This document shows positions 10,446 to 21,910 of a DNA stretch of 64,000 nt, piece by piece. The notes beneath the pieces are model-generated. The model was given only the letters and a program-made list of their open reading frames with translations. It was not told the origin of the DNA and searched no databases. Position numbers and translations under genes: made by a program. Position 1 is the stretch's first letter; each line of letters begins with the position of its first letter. The DNA is taken from the NCBI GenBank assembly GCA_044347345.1, contig JBIKUX010000002.1, positions 32,001-96,000 of the forward strand, read 5' to 3'. This DNA is from Bdellovibrionota bacterium (lineage in GTDB: Bacteria; Bdellovibrionota_C; UBA2361; JBIKUX01).

Positions 10446-11006
10446 TTAATTTTTAGGCTTTTCAGTAACTTTATTGAGCTTAACTCTAACTTGACCTTCA
10501 GCTTCACTACGAGACTCTTGTAAGTAGACCTTTACCACATCAGCCGTTAATGAGCTTTTTTCTTGATGAATTTCAGGGTTCTCAGTTAAAGTTACAATCT
10601 CAGTTTTGGCATCATACACAGCCTTGTTACTCGTTGCTTCTATATTTTCTCCTTTAATAATTTTTACGTTACTCCTAGCTACAAGACGGTCTATTTCATT
10701 TTGCTCTGTGTAGGTACCTTCAAGAATATCTGATGTTAAAGTCATATCTCCTCGCTTTACCGTAACATTTCCGGTATACACGAATGCCCTTCCAGCTGAG
10801 TCAACTTGAAGAGCATTTGAGGATATATATGTAGGCTCATTTGGATCGGATTTATTTACACTATCTAGTAACGAGCCCCTCTTTACTGAATCCTTCGATA
10901 ATTTTTCTGCTCCCACATTATCAGATTTTTTTTGAGCACTGCTCAGTGTGGGCAATAGCAAATAAAAGTAGAAAAGTAACAAGGGAAAATTGAAAATCCG
11001 TTTCAT
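10446..11006 (-). CDS. lptA: LPS transport periplasmic protein LptA
   Basis: Signal peptide plus beta-jellyroll repeats (YTGNVTVKRGD, LTENP); synteny with lptB. Confidence 0.88.
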   Translation of the reverse strand: MKRIFNFPLLLFYFYLLLPTLSSAQKKSDNVGAEKLSKDSVKRGSLLDSVNKSDPNEPTYISSNALQVDSAGRAFVYTGNVTVKRGDMTLTSDILEGTYTEQNEIDRLVARSNVKIIKGENIEATSNKAVYDAKTEIVTLTENPEIHQEKSSLTADVVKVYLQESRSEAEGQVRVKLNKVTEKPKN

Positions 11007-11012
11007 GTTTGG

Positions 11013-11651
11013 TTATTGCTTGGAATAAAAAATACTATTTACCTCATTTTCAAGTCGTATGATGCGACGCTTTATATCAACATTCATCTTTTTACCAGTA
11101 ATCTTAAATGATTTATGCTCAAACACAGCTGGCCCATCTGAAGTTATTACACCAGCCACTCCATCATAGACCGCCATTGGAGTGGTAACTTTTATATTTC
11201 CACCGTAATCTACTTCTACAGAACCTTCTTCTAAACGGCCTTCTTCTAAAGGGTCGCGAGTTACTGGTGCTCCTCCTAGCTCAGCTTTCACAAGTTCATT
11301 GCCATTTAAAAAAAGAGTCGCTATTGGAGCACGCAACTCAACTAAACCATTTTCTTCTTCTCGGTAAAAATTAAGCCTCGTACCGTATACTTTAGCGGTT
11401 TGAGTGCTCGGTGCATACTCACCTCGACTGGCAAAGACTTCCCACTGCTTACGCCCTTCTTTAGTTTCACTGCGGTGAAAATTTTCCAGTATAAAAGTCG
11501 ATTCTCCGTTATTACTACCGGGCTGAGGAATACTAACTTCAGATCCAGAGCCTCTACTCTCACTTAAATAAAGTAGAGCTAAACCAATTACAAAAAATAG
11601 CCCGATGATGATTAGTGCTATCAAAAAACTCAGACGTCGCGTTACTCTCAT
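11013..11651 (-). CDS. lptC: LPS export protein LptC
   Basis: Single N-terminal TM helix, GRKQWEVFA motif, beta-rich C-terminus; upstream of lptA. Confidence 0.8.
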   Translation of the reverse strand: MRVTRRLSFLIALIIIGLFFVIGLALLYLSESRGSGSEVSIPQPGSNNGESTFILENFHRSETKEGRKQWEVFASRGEYAPSTQTAKVYGTRLNFYREEENGLVELRAPIATLFLNGNELVKAELGGAPVTRDPLEEGRLEEGSVEVDYGGNIKVTTPMAVYDGVAGVITSDGPAVFEHKSFKITGKKMNVDIKRRIIRLENEVNSIFYSKQ

Positions 11652-12091
11652 TTAAAAAAGTTAGACTTTTTTTGTATGTTAGACTACCCAAGCAAAACAA
11701 ATCTTGCAAAATTTATTAGATTATTTGTTTTAATTGGCTGTATATTTCTGACATAATACTTAACCTATTGGTCGATTATTGCTCGCAAGTGTGCAAATTA
11801 AACAATCTAAGATGTAATAAAATCTAATAAGTAGGCGACCTATCTATCTATATATCCATATATCTAGCTACCTATCTAAACTGCAATTATTTTAACCTCA
11901 ATTATTCTATAAATAGTTTAGGTAACATTGTTATTAAAGACACCATAACTCCAGAAGTTAGGGCTTTAATCAACGATTAGACCCCTGACGATCTCGCCCT
12001 TAAATTGTATATACCGCTAGTGTAATTAAAAAGTGAGTTTAAAAAAATTGGGGCGTAAAGACCATTTAGGTCTAATTTAAGAACCACCGAC

Positions 12092-13286
12092 TGATCTTTC
12101 CCCGAATTAATTGATGATTTAAGCAGCAACCTTCAAGTTATTAAAATCTTCCGTTTCGAATTGCTCTAGCGAGCGAAATCCACAAGCAGAGTGTTTTCTA
12201 TTTGTATTGTAAAAGTGTTCGATGTAATCGAAAACTTCTACCTCTATCTTTCGTCTTATGACAAAGTCTTCACCATAAATAGCTTCAACTAATAGCTTCA
12301 ACTTTGAACGAGTTAAAGAAACTCGCTGCAACAGCATTGTCGTAACAGTCACCAGTAGTACCCATACTTTGCCGCACATTCGCACTCTGCAACGTTGAGC
12401 GAAACAAGTCTTAGACATACTGGCTCCCCTGATCCGTGTGCACTATAAGTCCAGCCTTTGGCTGTCGTTTTACCTTAACCCTCACAAATGCACTCGTTAC
12501 AAGAGAAGCTTCCATACGATTCGATGTTGCCCAACCTACTACCTTTCTTGAATAGAGATCCAAGAATATAGCCAAATACACCCAACCCTCTTTGGTATAA
12601 AGGTACATGATGTCCCCAACTCAAACTTGATTCGGGGCTCTGGCAGTAAAGTCTCTGTGTACCAAATCCGGAGCTACTCTCTTTCCATGCTTGGAACGGT
12701 AGTAACCTTAAACTTTCTCGCCGCTTTCGCTCGTAACCCTTCACGCTGCATCAGTCTTGCTACTCTGTTCTTTCCACACCAGATTCCCTTATCTCTCAGT
12801 TCGCTGATGATCCGAGGACTTCCGCACCGTCCCTTACTCTCTGCATATACAACTCGAATCTGTGCAGAGAGCTTCTGGTTCTCTTGATAGCATCGACTCG
12901 GCTCTCTTCGCCTCCACACATAGTACCCTTAAGTCGTTACTCCAAGAACTCGACACAACATGGTCATTGGGTAATTACCAGACCGCTCCTCTTTCAGCCT
13001 TTGGTTCTCGAGTCTTAATCGACGATTCTCTTCCTCTAATGGCGTTCGGTTACCGTTTCCTCGAAACGTTTCTGCTCCTTCCTCGGTAAGCGTCCTCTTC
13101 CATTGATACAGTAGCGATTACTCGATCCCTAAACTCCTCGAGGCTTCCGATGCTCCTCTCAACCGCAATAGCTCGACTGCTTCTATCTTATACTCCTTGC
13201 TGAATCCTCTTCTTCCTTTTCTTACCTTTCTCCATCGGAGAAGGCTACTCCTTTAACTCTCTGTCAAGCAAATCGGGGTAAGTTCA
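12092..13286 (-). mobile_element. IS3-family insertion sequence, decayed (~1.2 kb)
   Basis: Terminal inverted repeats TGATCTTTCCCCGAATTAATTGA (from 12092) and TGAACTTACCCCGATTTGCTTGA (reverse complement, from 13286), 18/23 identical, with TG...CA ends. Internal OrfA and OrfB fragments. Confidence 0.9.
12119..13235 (-). pseudogene. IS3 transposase orfA/orfB pseudogene
   Basis: Fragments in different frames: FSKEYKIEAVELL..SLGIE*SLLYQWKR (OrfA HTH with internal stop), GSPRIISEL..NRVARLM, GWVYLAIFLDLYSRKVVGW..HTDQGSQY, FDYIEHFYN..RKHSACG. Multiple frameshifts and stops. Confidence 0.9.
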
Positions 13287-13398
13287 TACTGCCTCGCAGT
13301 GGAATAAATCTATTAACCACAATAACGATTGAGGCAGCTTTGAGGCAGCTTTAAGCCGAATTTGATGCGACCTTAAAAATTGTAAATGGAGAGGTTTT

Positions 13399-13647
13399 AT
13401 GAGTGCAGAAGATAAGCAAACTTGTGACATGATAAATGAGATTAGTGAGCTTTTCAAAAAAGTTGAGGATAAAAGCGACTCTATTGATAAAATATTTCGT
13501 CCACTTGAAATAGAAGTTGCTACCAAATCTCAGCTTGCTCATATAATGAGTGGCCTTTTTGAGGGGTCAATAAGTTCACTGCTAAGTGTTAAAGAGCGCG
13601 TTGGAACACTTATAAACGGCCTGATAGCTGACCAGCTTGAAAAGTAG
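13399..13647 (+). CDS. Small hypothetical helical protein
   Basis: 82-aa ORF with RBS-like GGAGAGG just upstream of ATG; no recognised motif. Confidence 0.5.
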   Translation: MSAEDKQTCDMINEISELFKKVEDKSDSIDKIFRPLEIEVATKSQLAHIMSGLFEGSISSLLSVKERVGTLINGLIADQLEK

Positions 13648-13710
13648 GTAAGTTAATAGAGGCTTACTCAAGCTATACAAATCTTACTAGTCAAGTTTTT
13701 AGCTGAAATT

Positions 13711-14079
13711 TCAACCGCCATCACCATAATTATCACAATGATAAGCTTCTACTACATAAGCCGATAACTTTTTATTCCAAGACGCTCTGTTTATCCGTAA
13801 AGCTAAGCCTTGCATGCTAAGAACATTCGTTTTAGTTTCGCTGTGTTTATGTGGTATCAAATAAACATTGACTAGTACTCCATCTGAACGGTCAACATTA
13901 AAGCCTGATCCGCCGAAGTTTTGACTATCAGCTGGAGTCACTAGAATCTTCCAAAACGTGTACTTTTTACCATTAAGAGTTATATTCTCCTCTGGGTGAT
14001 AAACCTGAACATAAGCTTCACGCTCTATCAGATCAGGGGGGAAGTTGAGTCTTTCAGGACGAGGAAAAAGTGAGCTCAC
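13711..14079 (-). CDS. Hypothetical protein
   Basis: 122-aa ORF with globular composition, GTG start; no recognised motif. Confidence 0.5.
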   Translation of the reverse strand: MSSLFPRPERLNFPPDLIEREAYVQVYHPEENITLNGKKYTFWKILVTPADSQNFGGSGFNVDRSDGVLVNVYLIPHKHSETKTNVLSMQGLALRINRASWNKKLSAYVVEAYHCDNYGDGG

Positions 14080-14207
14080 GATAATTACACTACTAATCTT
14101 TATAATAATAAAGTTAAGGATTGAGTTGCCCCAATTTAATTTAGTGCGCTACTCAAGCCAATCAGTGTACAAAAACCGTTACGGCTCTTTTTTTTCGTAA
14201 CTAGGGC

Positions 14208-16771
<2,564 letters not shown>

Positions 16772-16832
16772 TTATCTCTCCAAAAAAAGATTTCTTTCTA
16801 CTTTACCTGTTTAAATTAAGTATTTTGTGTCC

Positions 16833-18209
16833 CTACAAGCTTGAGCCATTACATACTTCAGAATTGTGACGGCCTCGCTTGGAGCTTCGACGGCGTCTAC
16901 TATTATTATTCCGCCGTGATTTTACTTCTCCTCCCATTGGATCACTTAAGTCTTGAGCACCTTTTTCAAAAAGTCTTCGGCACCTGCTAAAAATGTCTCG
17001 GTCGCGTGACCCATCAGGAAGTACCTTTAAAAAATCCTTAACCTCACTAGTGATGCGAAAGATTGTACGATTACTTAAACCACAATCTATATCGTGATAA
17101 AGTCCCCACCAAATTTGTAAAATCGCCTCCAATCGCTCACGCTCCCTGCGAGGGACAGTAAGCAAAGGAAACGCATCAGTAATATGCGCAATGAGCGCTT
17201 CTTGACTTACAAAAGGCATTTCCTCCTCAAGAGATAATGGCACTGATTGTGCCGTCTCTGACTTAGTAATTTCTTTTTTGTTCAGATTCTTATTCTGACA
17301 AAATCTTGCGATTATTGCCAAACCCACCGTGGTTGAAATGGGATGAGTTGCGCTCTCGATTAAATTATCAAAACGTCTAATTGTTTCAGAAAAGTGGGAA
17401 CCAGCAACTAATTGATTAGATTCGATGTTTGGGAAAATATATTGCAAAAGATTAGTCTTTTGGAGCTGCTCAAGAAAATCTAAAAAATTACCTGATAAAA
17501 TATCTTTACGAACTTCCTCAAAAATTCTTACTTGCGAAGCCGCTTGTAGTAGCTCTCCGCTACGTAGTACTGCATCATAAGTATCTGAATCTATGACAAA
17601 TCCACTACGAGCAGCGTGTCGTGCAACCCTCAGAAGCCTAACTGGATCTTCTACAAAACGTACTGGCGGGTTACCTATTACCCTTATAGCTCCACGCTGA
17701 ATGTCATCCATGCCACCCACATAATCAATTATGCATTCACTGGCAGGATCGAAAAAAAGTCCATTAATTGTAATATCTCGGCGCAGAGCATCAGTCATTT
17801 CAGTACCAAAGTTATTATCATCTACTAGCTGCTCCTCACCACCTAACTCTATATTATCTCCGTCTTCAACAGGCTCAGCATTAGCCCTAAAAGTAGCTAC
17901 TTCAATATTCTTATCTTTACCGAAAAAAACGTGCGCAAGCTTAAATCTACGACCTATAATTCGACTATTTCTAAAAATTTTTCTTATATCACTGGGTCGA
18001 GCATCAGTTGCTATATCAAAGTCTTTTGGCTGCTTTCCTAAGAGCAAATCTCTAACTCCACCACCTACTACATGAGCTTTATATCCAAAGCGAGCAAGAC
18101 GTGCTGTAACTTTTAGAGCATCCTCATCAACCATAGAAGCTCGTAACGGATGTTTATCTCGTTCGTAAACAATAGGAAAATTCTGTGCAGATTCAACTAC
18201 TTGACCCAT
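16833..18209 (-). CDS. pcnB: Poly(A) polymerase I
   Basis: VGGGVRD, KDFDIAT, PAP-type IIGRRFKLAHVFFG, RRDITIN, EDPVRLLR, Arg-rich tail. Confidence 0.9.
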   Translation of the reverse strand: MGQVVESAQNFPIVYERDKHPLRASMVDEDALKVTARLARFGYKAHVVGGGVRDLLLGKQPKDFDIATDARPSDIRKIFRNSRIIGRRFKLAHVFFGKDKNIEVATFRANAEPVEDGDNIELGGEEQLVDDNNFGTEMTDALRRDITINGLFFDPASECIIDYVGGMDDIQRGAIRVIGNPPVRFVEDPVRLLRVARHAARSGFVIDSDTYDAVLRSGELLQAASQVRIFEEVRKDILSGNFLDFLEQLQKTNLLQYIFPNIESNQLVAGSHFSETIRRFDNLIESATHPISTTVGLAIIARFCQNKNLNKKEITKSETAQSVPLSLEEEMPFVSQEALIAHITDAFPLLTVPRRERERLEAILQIWWGLYHDIDCGLSNRTIFRITSEVKDFLKVLPDGSRDRDIFSRCRRLFEKGAQDLSDPMGGEVKSRRNNNSRRRRSSKRGRHNSEVCNGSSL

Positions 18210-18462
18210 AGAATGTACATTTGCCTTATTTTAAATAGCCAACTCGACGTCGAGCTTAGCATAAAACAAGTAAAGATTGCTTGCTCCCTGTTAAGTGACT
18301 AATTGTCATTGACGATGAGATTAATATGTGTGGCAACCTCGTCTCTGTTGAAAGCGTGATGAGGTTTTTAGAAGTGAGGTAGTTGAAGTGTACGCAGTAA
18401 ACAGCTGTTTATTACTATTTGTACTACTCACGGACGAGTAAAGGGTCAAGGAAGAAACCAGT

Positions 18463-18672
18463 ATGGCACGCCCTATATATTCTCATGAACTCATAGATCC
18501 AGACTTCGCCTGGCTAATTGCAAGTTTTCAGGAGGAAAATCCAAACTATGCACTCGTTGATGCTGTTGGTCTTCCTCTTGTTCTGATTTGTCGGCCAGTG
18601 ATAGATAGTTTAGCACTATTACCAATGCTACCAGAACCAGAAGCAATTGATTCTGAAGATACGCCTCTATAA
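18463..18672 (+). CDS. Small hypothetical protein
   Basis: 69 aa, AAGGAAG upstream of ATG, protein-like composition; divergent from pcnB. Confidence 0.6.
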   Translation: MARPIYSHELIDPDFAWLIASFQEENPNYALVDAVGLPLVLICRPVIDSLALLPMLPEPEAIDSEDTPL

Positions 18673-18777
18673 TTGGAACATAACAAAATTAACCAACTAT
18701 ATTTATCGAAATACCAATATCAAAAACGTTTTCTAAAATTTACTAAAAGCTACCTCTATCAATTATTGACCTTAAGT

Positions 18778-18987
18778 TTATTTTCGAGCCGGAAGAACAA
18801 ATTTATTGCCTCCTTCACTTTGTTGTATTGTTAAATTATCTCCCTCCACATACCCACGACGCTCTAAATTCATGTTTTTTATCCAGCCATTACATGAAAG
18901 AATTAAACTGAATAATCCTACAATTATTAAAACAGTTATTACCAAGCGAATATCACTAGCTCCACGCTGTGAAAGGATGTTTATCAT
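18778..18987 (-). CDS. Small single-TM membrane protein
   Basis: 69 aa; QRG followed by a hydrophobic helix. Confidence 0.45.
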   Translation of the reverse strand: MINILSQRGASDIRLVITVLIIVGLFSLILSCNGWIKNMNLERRGYVEGDNLTIQQSEGGNKFVLPARK

Positions 18988-19072
18988 TTTTTAATAACCG
19001 AATTTGCAATAACTTATACGCTAAAAAAGATGTCAATTTTTTTCTGAAATAAGTTAATAGTTAATGAAGATA

Positions 19073-19516
19073 TTACCTATACCTATTTCCCAATGTTGGC
19101 CCAAGATATTTACGCTCCGGCGGATAAGGAAGCTCGATAACTGGTCTTTCAGCCTCAATCTCCCTCCTAAACTGCTCAATCCTACGTTCACGGGTAAAAA
19201 TAAGTGCTTGTCGTGCCCATATTTGCTCAATTCGCCGCTTTTCTTCAGCCTCCTTGATTTCTTCCTTAATGACCCCGTAGGCAACGCCTACAGGAAAACC
19301 TATTGCAGCACCAAGCCCTGCACTTCGTCCAACAACACCTCTTGAAATTATCTTAGCGACTCCTGCTCCAACAACAGCTCCTCCTACAGCTCCTCCTACT
19401 CCATACTGAACAGGTTGCGGTAGAGATACCGAACATCCGGCGGCAAGAACCGCGATTAGACATAACAGAACAGAAACAAAGGTGGTTTCACATAAAGTTG
19501 TAAATTTTACTACCAT
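19073..19516 (-). CDS. Glycine-zipper lipoprotein
   Basis: Lipobox-like LAAGC, GxxxG repeats (GVGGAVGGAVVGAG, GLGAAIG), charged C-terminal helix. Confidence 0.7.
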   Translation of the reverse strand: MVVKFTTLCETTFVSVLLCLIAVLAAGCSVSLPQPVQYGVGGAVGGAVVGAGVAKIISRGVVGRSAGLGAAIGFPVGVAYGVIKEEIKEAEEKRRIEQIWARQALIFTRERRIEQFRREIEAERPVIELPYPPERKYLGPTLGNRYR

Positions 19517-19765
19517 AATCCGTTACTTTTGAGTCCATAATTTTTAGAGCAAGAAGAGCCTAACAGTGTTATGTAATTACAGGCTACTTAGTTGAGTAAC
19601 TTAATCATCTTTTATACTTCGGCACTAGTAACGGTCAAAATAAACAAGAAGCGCGATTCAAGATAACCTAATAATAAAACTGCAACAAAAACTAACATGT
19701 TCATGCTTGTCGCCGTTTGGCTAGGCGTAGTAGCTTAGGGGTCGAAACGAGATGAATGGACTAAA

Positions 19766-21772
19766 ATGTCATACTTCGTGCCCCTTTCTACAGCAGCAAC
19801 TGAGGCGGCTTCATGGTCAAAAAAAGAATGGCTTGAAACCGATGGCTTAGGTGGATACGCAATGGGCTGTGGCGATGGTATCCCTCGTCGCAGATACCAT
19901 ACTCTCCTCACAGTTGCTATGAGCCCTCCAGTTCGACGTACTGTAATGGTAAATGGTGTTGAAGTATTTCTCACAGTGACCTTTGAAGCAGGAAACGTCG
20001 CCAAATATCCTTTGAGTTCTTTTCAATTCCCAGGACCAGTTTTTCATCCAAACGGTAAAAGTTTTTTATCTTCATTCACTGAAACCCCATGGCCCCAGTG
20101 GCATTTTTACTTATCAGATCACTTATCGATTTATAGTGAAATGTTTATGACCAAGGGAGCTCCCATAACAGTGATGAGATGGTGGCCGGAAATAAAAAAA
20201 GATTCGCCCACCATAGCCTCTCTCTCTCTTCAGATACGTCCATTTTTTTCATGTCGTAACCACCACGGACTACATCACAAAAATGATCAATTATCATTTC
20301 AAGCACAAAATACCCCAAGAGGAGTATTATGGAAACCTTATCTATCAATGCCTGAAATTGCCGTTCTAACCACAGCTGAGTATGTACATGATCATTTGTG
20401 GTTTGAGCGAGTTAGTTATGAATTCGATGAAGCACGCGGATTTGAAGCAAAAGAAGATCTAGCCTCACCGGGATACGTAAAATCCGAACTATTACCTCAG
20501 GGAATTTCACTTGCGTTTACTGTGCCTCAACTTATTCCAGATAATTTCATTCTTGACGGTGATGCCACAAGTATTTGTCAACAACTGCGAAAGCAAGAAC
20601 TTGAAAGAAGAAATACCTTTACTGATAAGTGGGAGAGAGCGGCTGATGCATATATAGTGTCTCGTGGAGAACGTAAAAGCATAATTGCTGGATATCCATG
20701 GTTTAGCGACTGGGGACGAGATACTTTTATCGCAATTCGTGGGCTATGCATTTCTTGTCACCGATGGAGGGATACCACTGATATTCTGCTTGAATGGCAA
20801 CAAGCAATATCTGCTGGGATGATTCCCAATCTTTTCCCTGAAGAGAGCGATGGACGACCTTTATACAACTCTATTGATGGTTCACTTTGGTTTGTAATTG
20901 CGGCCTATGAATTCATTTCTTCAGCTCCAAAAGCAGCCAGATCAGAGGATGAATATAAGATTATTTGCCAATCGATTAAGGAGATTATTGACGGATACAG
21001 TAAAGGAACAAGATTCAATATCCGTCTTGATAGTGATGGCCTTTTGCAAGGGGGTATAACTGGTACTCAACTAACTTGGATGGATGCAAAGGTTGGAGCA
21101 CTAGTAGTTACTCCTCGTATCGGTAAAACAGTTGAAGTGCAGGCTTTATGGCTAAATGCTCTATATATACTGGAAACACTAGGAGATTCTTCTTACCAAG
21201 AAATAAGAATAAAAGGAGAGAAATCTTTCGCGGAAAAATTTTGGAATAATGCTCAACAGGAATTGTACGATGTCATAGACGTGGACTACCAAATTGGAGT
21301 AAATGATCCTACTTCTAGGCCAAATCAAATATTTGCCATAGGTGGGTTACCCTTTCAAATACTAAAGGGAGAGCAAGCCTCTCGCGTTGTGGCAAAGATA
21401 GAACAAAATCTGCTTACGCCTCATGGGCTTAGAACATTAGATCCTAGTGATAGTCGCTTTACACCTATTTATTCTGGAGGACCTTTTGAAAGAGATAGAG
21501 CTTATCATCAAGGTACCGTTTGGCCATGGCTTTTAGGAGCCTTTATTGAGGCCTGGCTCCGGGTTCGTGAAGATTCTGAATTAGTCAAACGCGAAGCCAT
21601 TAATCGATTTATAATTCCACTACAAGAATCAATTATGGTGCAATACGGTGGGCACATTGCAGAAATAGCGGATGCTACCTCACCGTTTTTACCCCGTGGG
21701 TCACCCTGTCAAGCTTGGTCTTTAGCTGAACTTATACGATTACGTGTTCGTCTTGGTTTATCCAAACGGTAG
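19766..21772 (+). CDS. Glycogen debranching enzyme-like amylo-alpha-1,6-glucosidase
   Basis: EWLETDGLGGYA, RRYHTLL, AGYPWFSDWGRDTFI, TWMDAK, RPNQ, AYHQGTVWPW, QAWS. Confidence 0.9.
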   Translation: MSYFVPLSTAATEAASWSKKEWLETDGLGGYAMGCGDGIPRRRYHTLLTVAMSPPVRRTVMVNGVEVFLTVTFEAGNVAKYPLSSFQFPGPVFHPNGKSFLSSFTETPWPQWHFYLSDHLSIYSEMFMTKGAPITVMRWWPEIKKDSPTIASLSLQIRPFFSCRNHHGLHHKNDQLSFQAQNTPRGVLWKPYLSMPEIAVLTTAEYVHDHLWFERVSYEFDEARGFEAKEDLASPGYVKSELLPQGISLAFTVPQLIPDNFILDGDATSICQQLRKQELERRNTFTDKWERAADAYIVSRGERKSIIAGYPWFSDWGRDTFIAIRGLCISCHRWRDTTDILLEWQQAISAGMIPNLFPEESDGRPLYNSIDGSLWFVIAAYEFISSAPKAARSEDEYKIICQSIKEIIDGYSKGTRFNIRLDSDGLLQGGITGTQLTWMDAKVGALVVTPRIGKTVEVQALWLNALYILETLGDSSYQEIRIKGEKSFAEKFWNNAQQELYDVIDVDYQIGVNDPTSRPNQIFAIGGLPFQILKGEQASRVVAKIEQNLLTPHGLRTLDPSDSRFTPIYSGGPFERDRAYHQGTVWPWLLGAFIEAWLRVREDSELVKREAINRFIIPLQESIMVQYGGHIAEIADATSPFLPRGSPCQAWSLAELIRLRVRLGLSKR

Positions 21773-21910
21773 ATTAAAATAGCTAAAAACTCAGTTAATC
21801 AATTAACTAACAACAAGACTCGAAAATTTTTTTCGCAAATTACAGACTCTTTTCGTCAAGCCCTTAGCTTGTCATACTAAGATATATTTACGAAATTTCT
21901 CGAGACACTT

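Noticed and set aside
11839-11878. (TATC)n-like run as DnaA-trios or a functional repeat
   Set aside because: Imperfect 4-nt low-complexity run with no adjacent DnaA box.
16833-18209. CCA-adding enzyme
   Set aside because: The GRRFxLAHV motif marks poly(A) polymerase rather than tRNA nucleotidyltransferase.
18300-18460. c-di-GMP-I riboswitch or 6S RNA
   Set aside because: GGCAA..GAAA is only a partial resemblance; the rest of the riboswitch consensus and the 6S long rod with central bubble are not evident.
18778-18987. Type IV prepilin
   Set aside because: QRG is followed by ASDIR, not the F/hydrophobic-xxx-E5 pattern; evidence insufficient.
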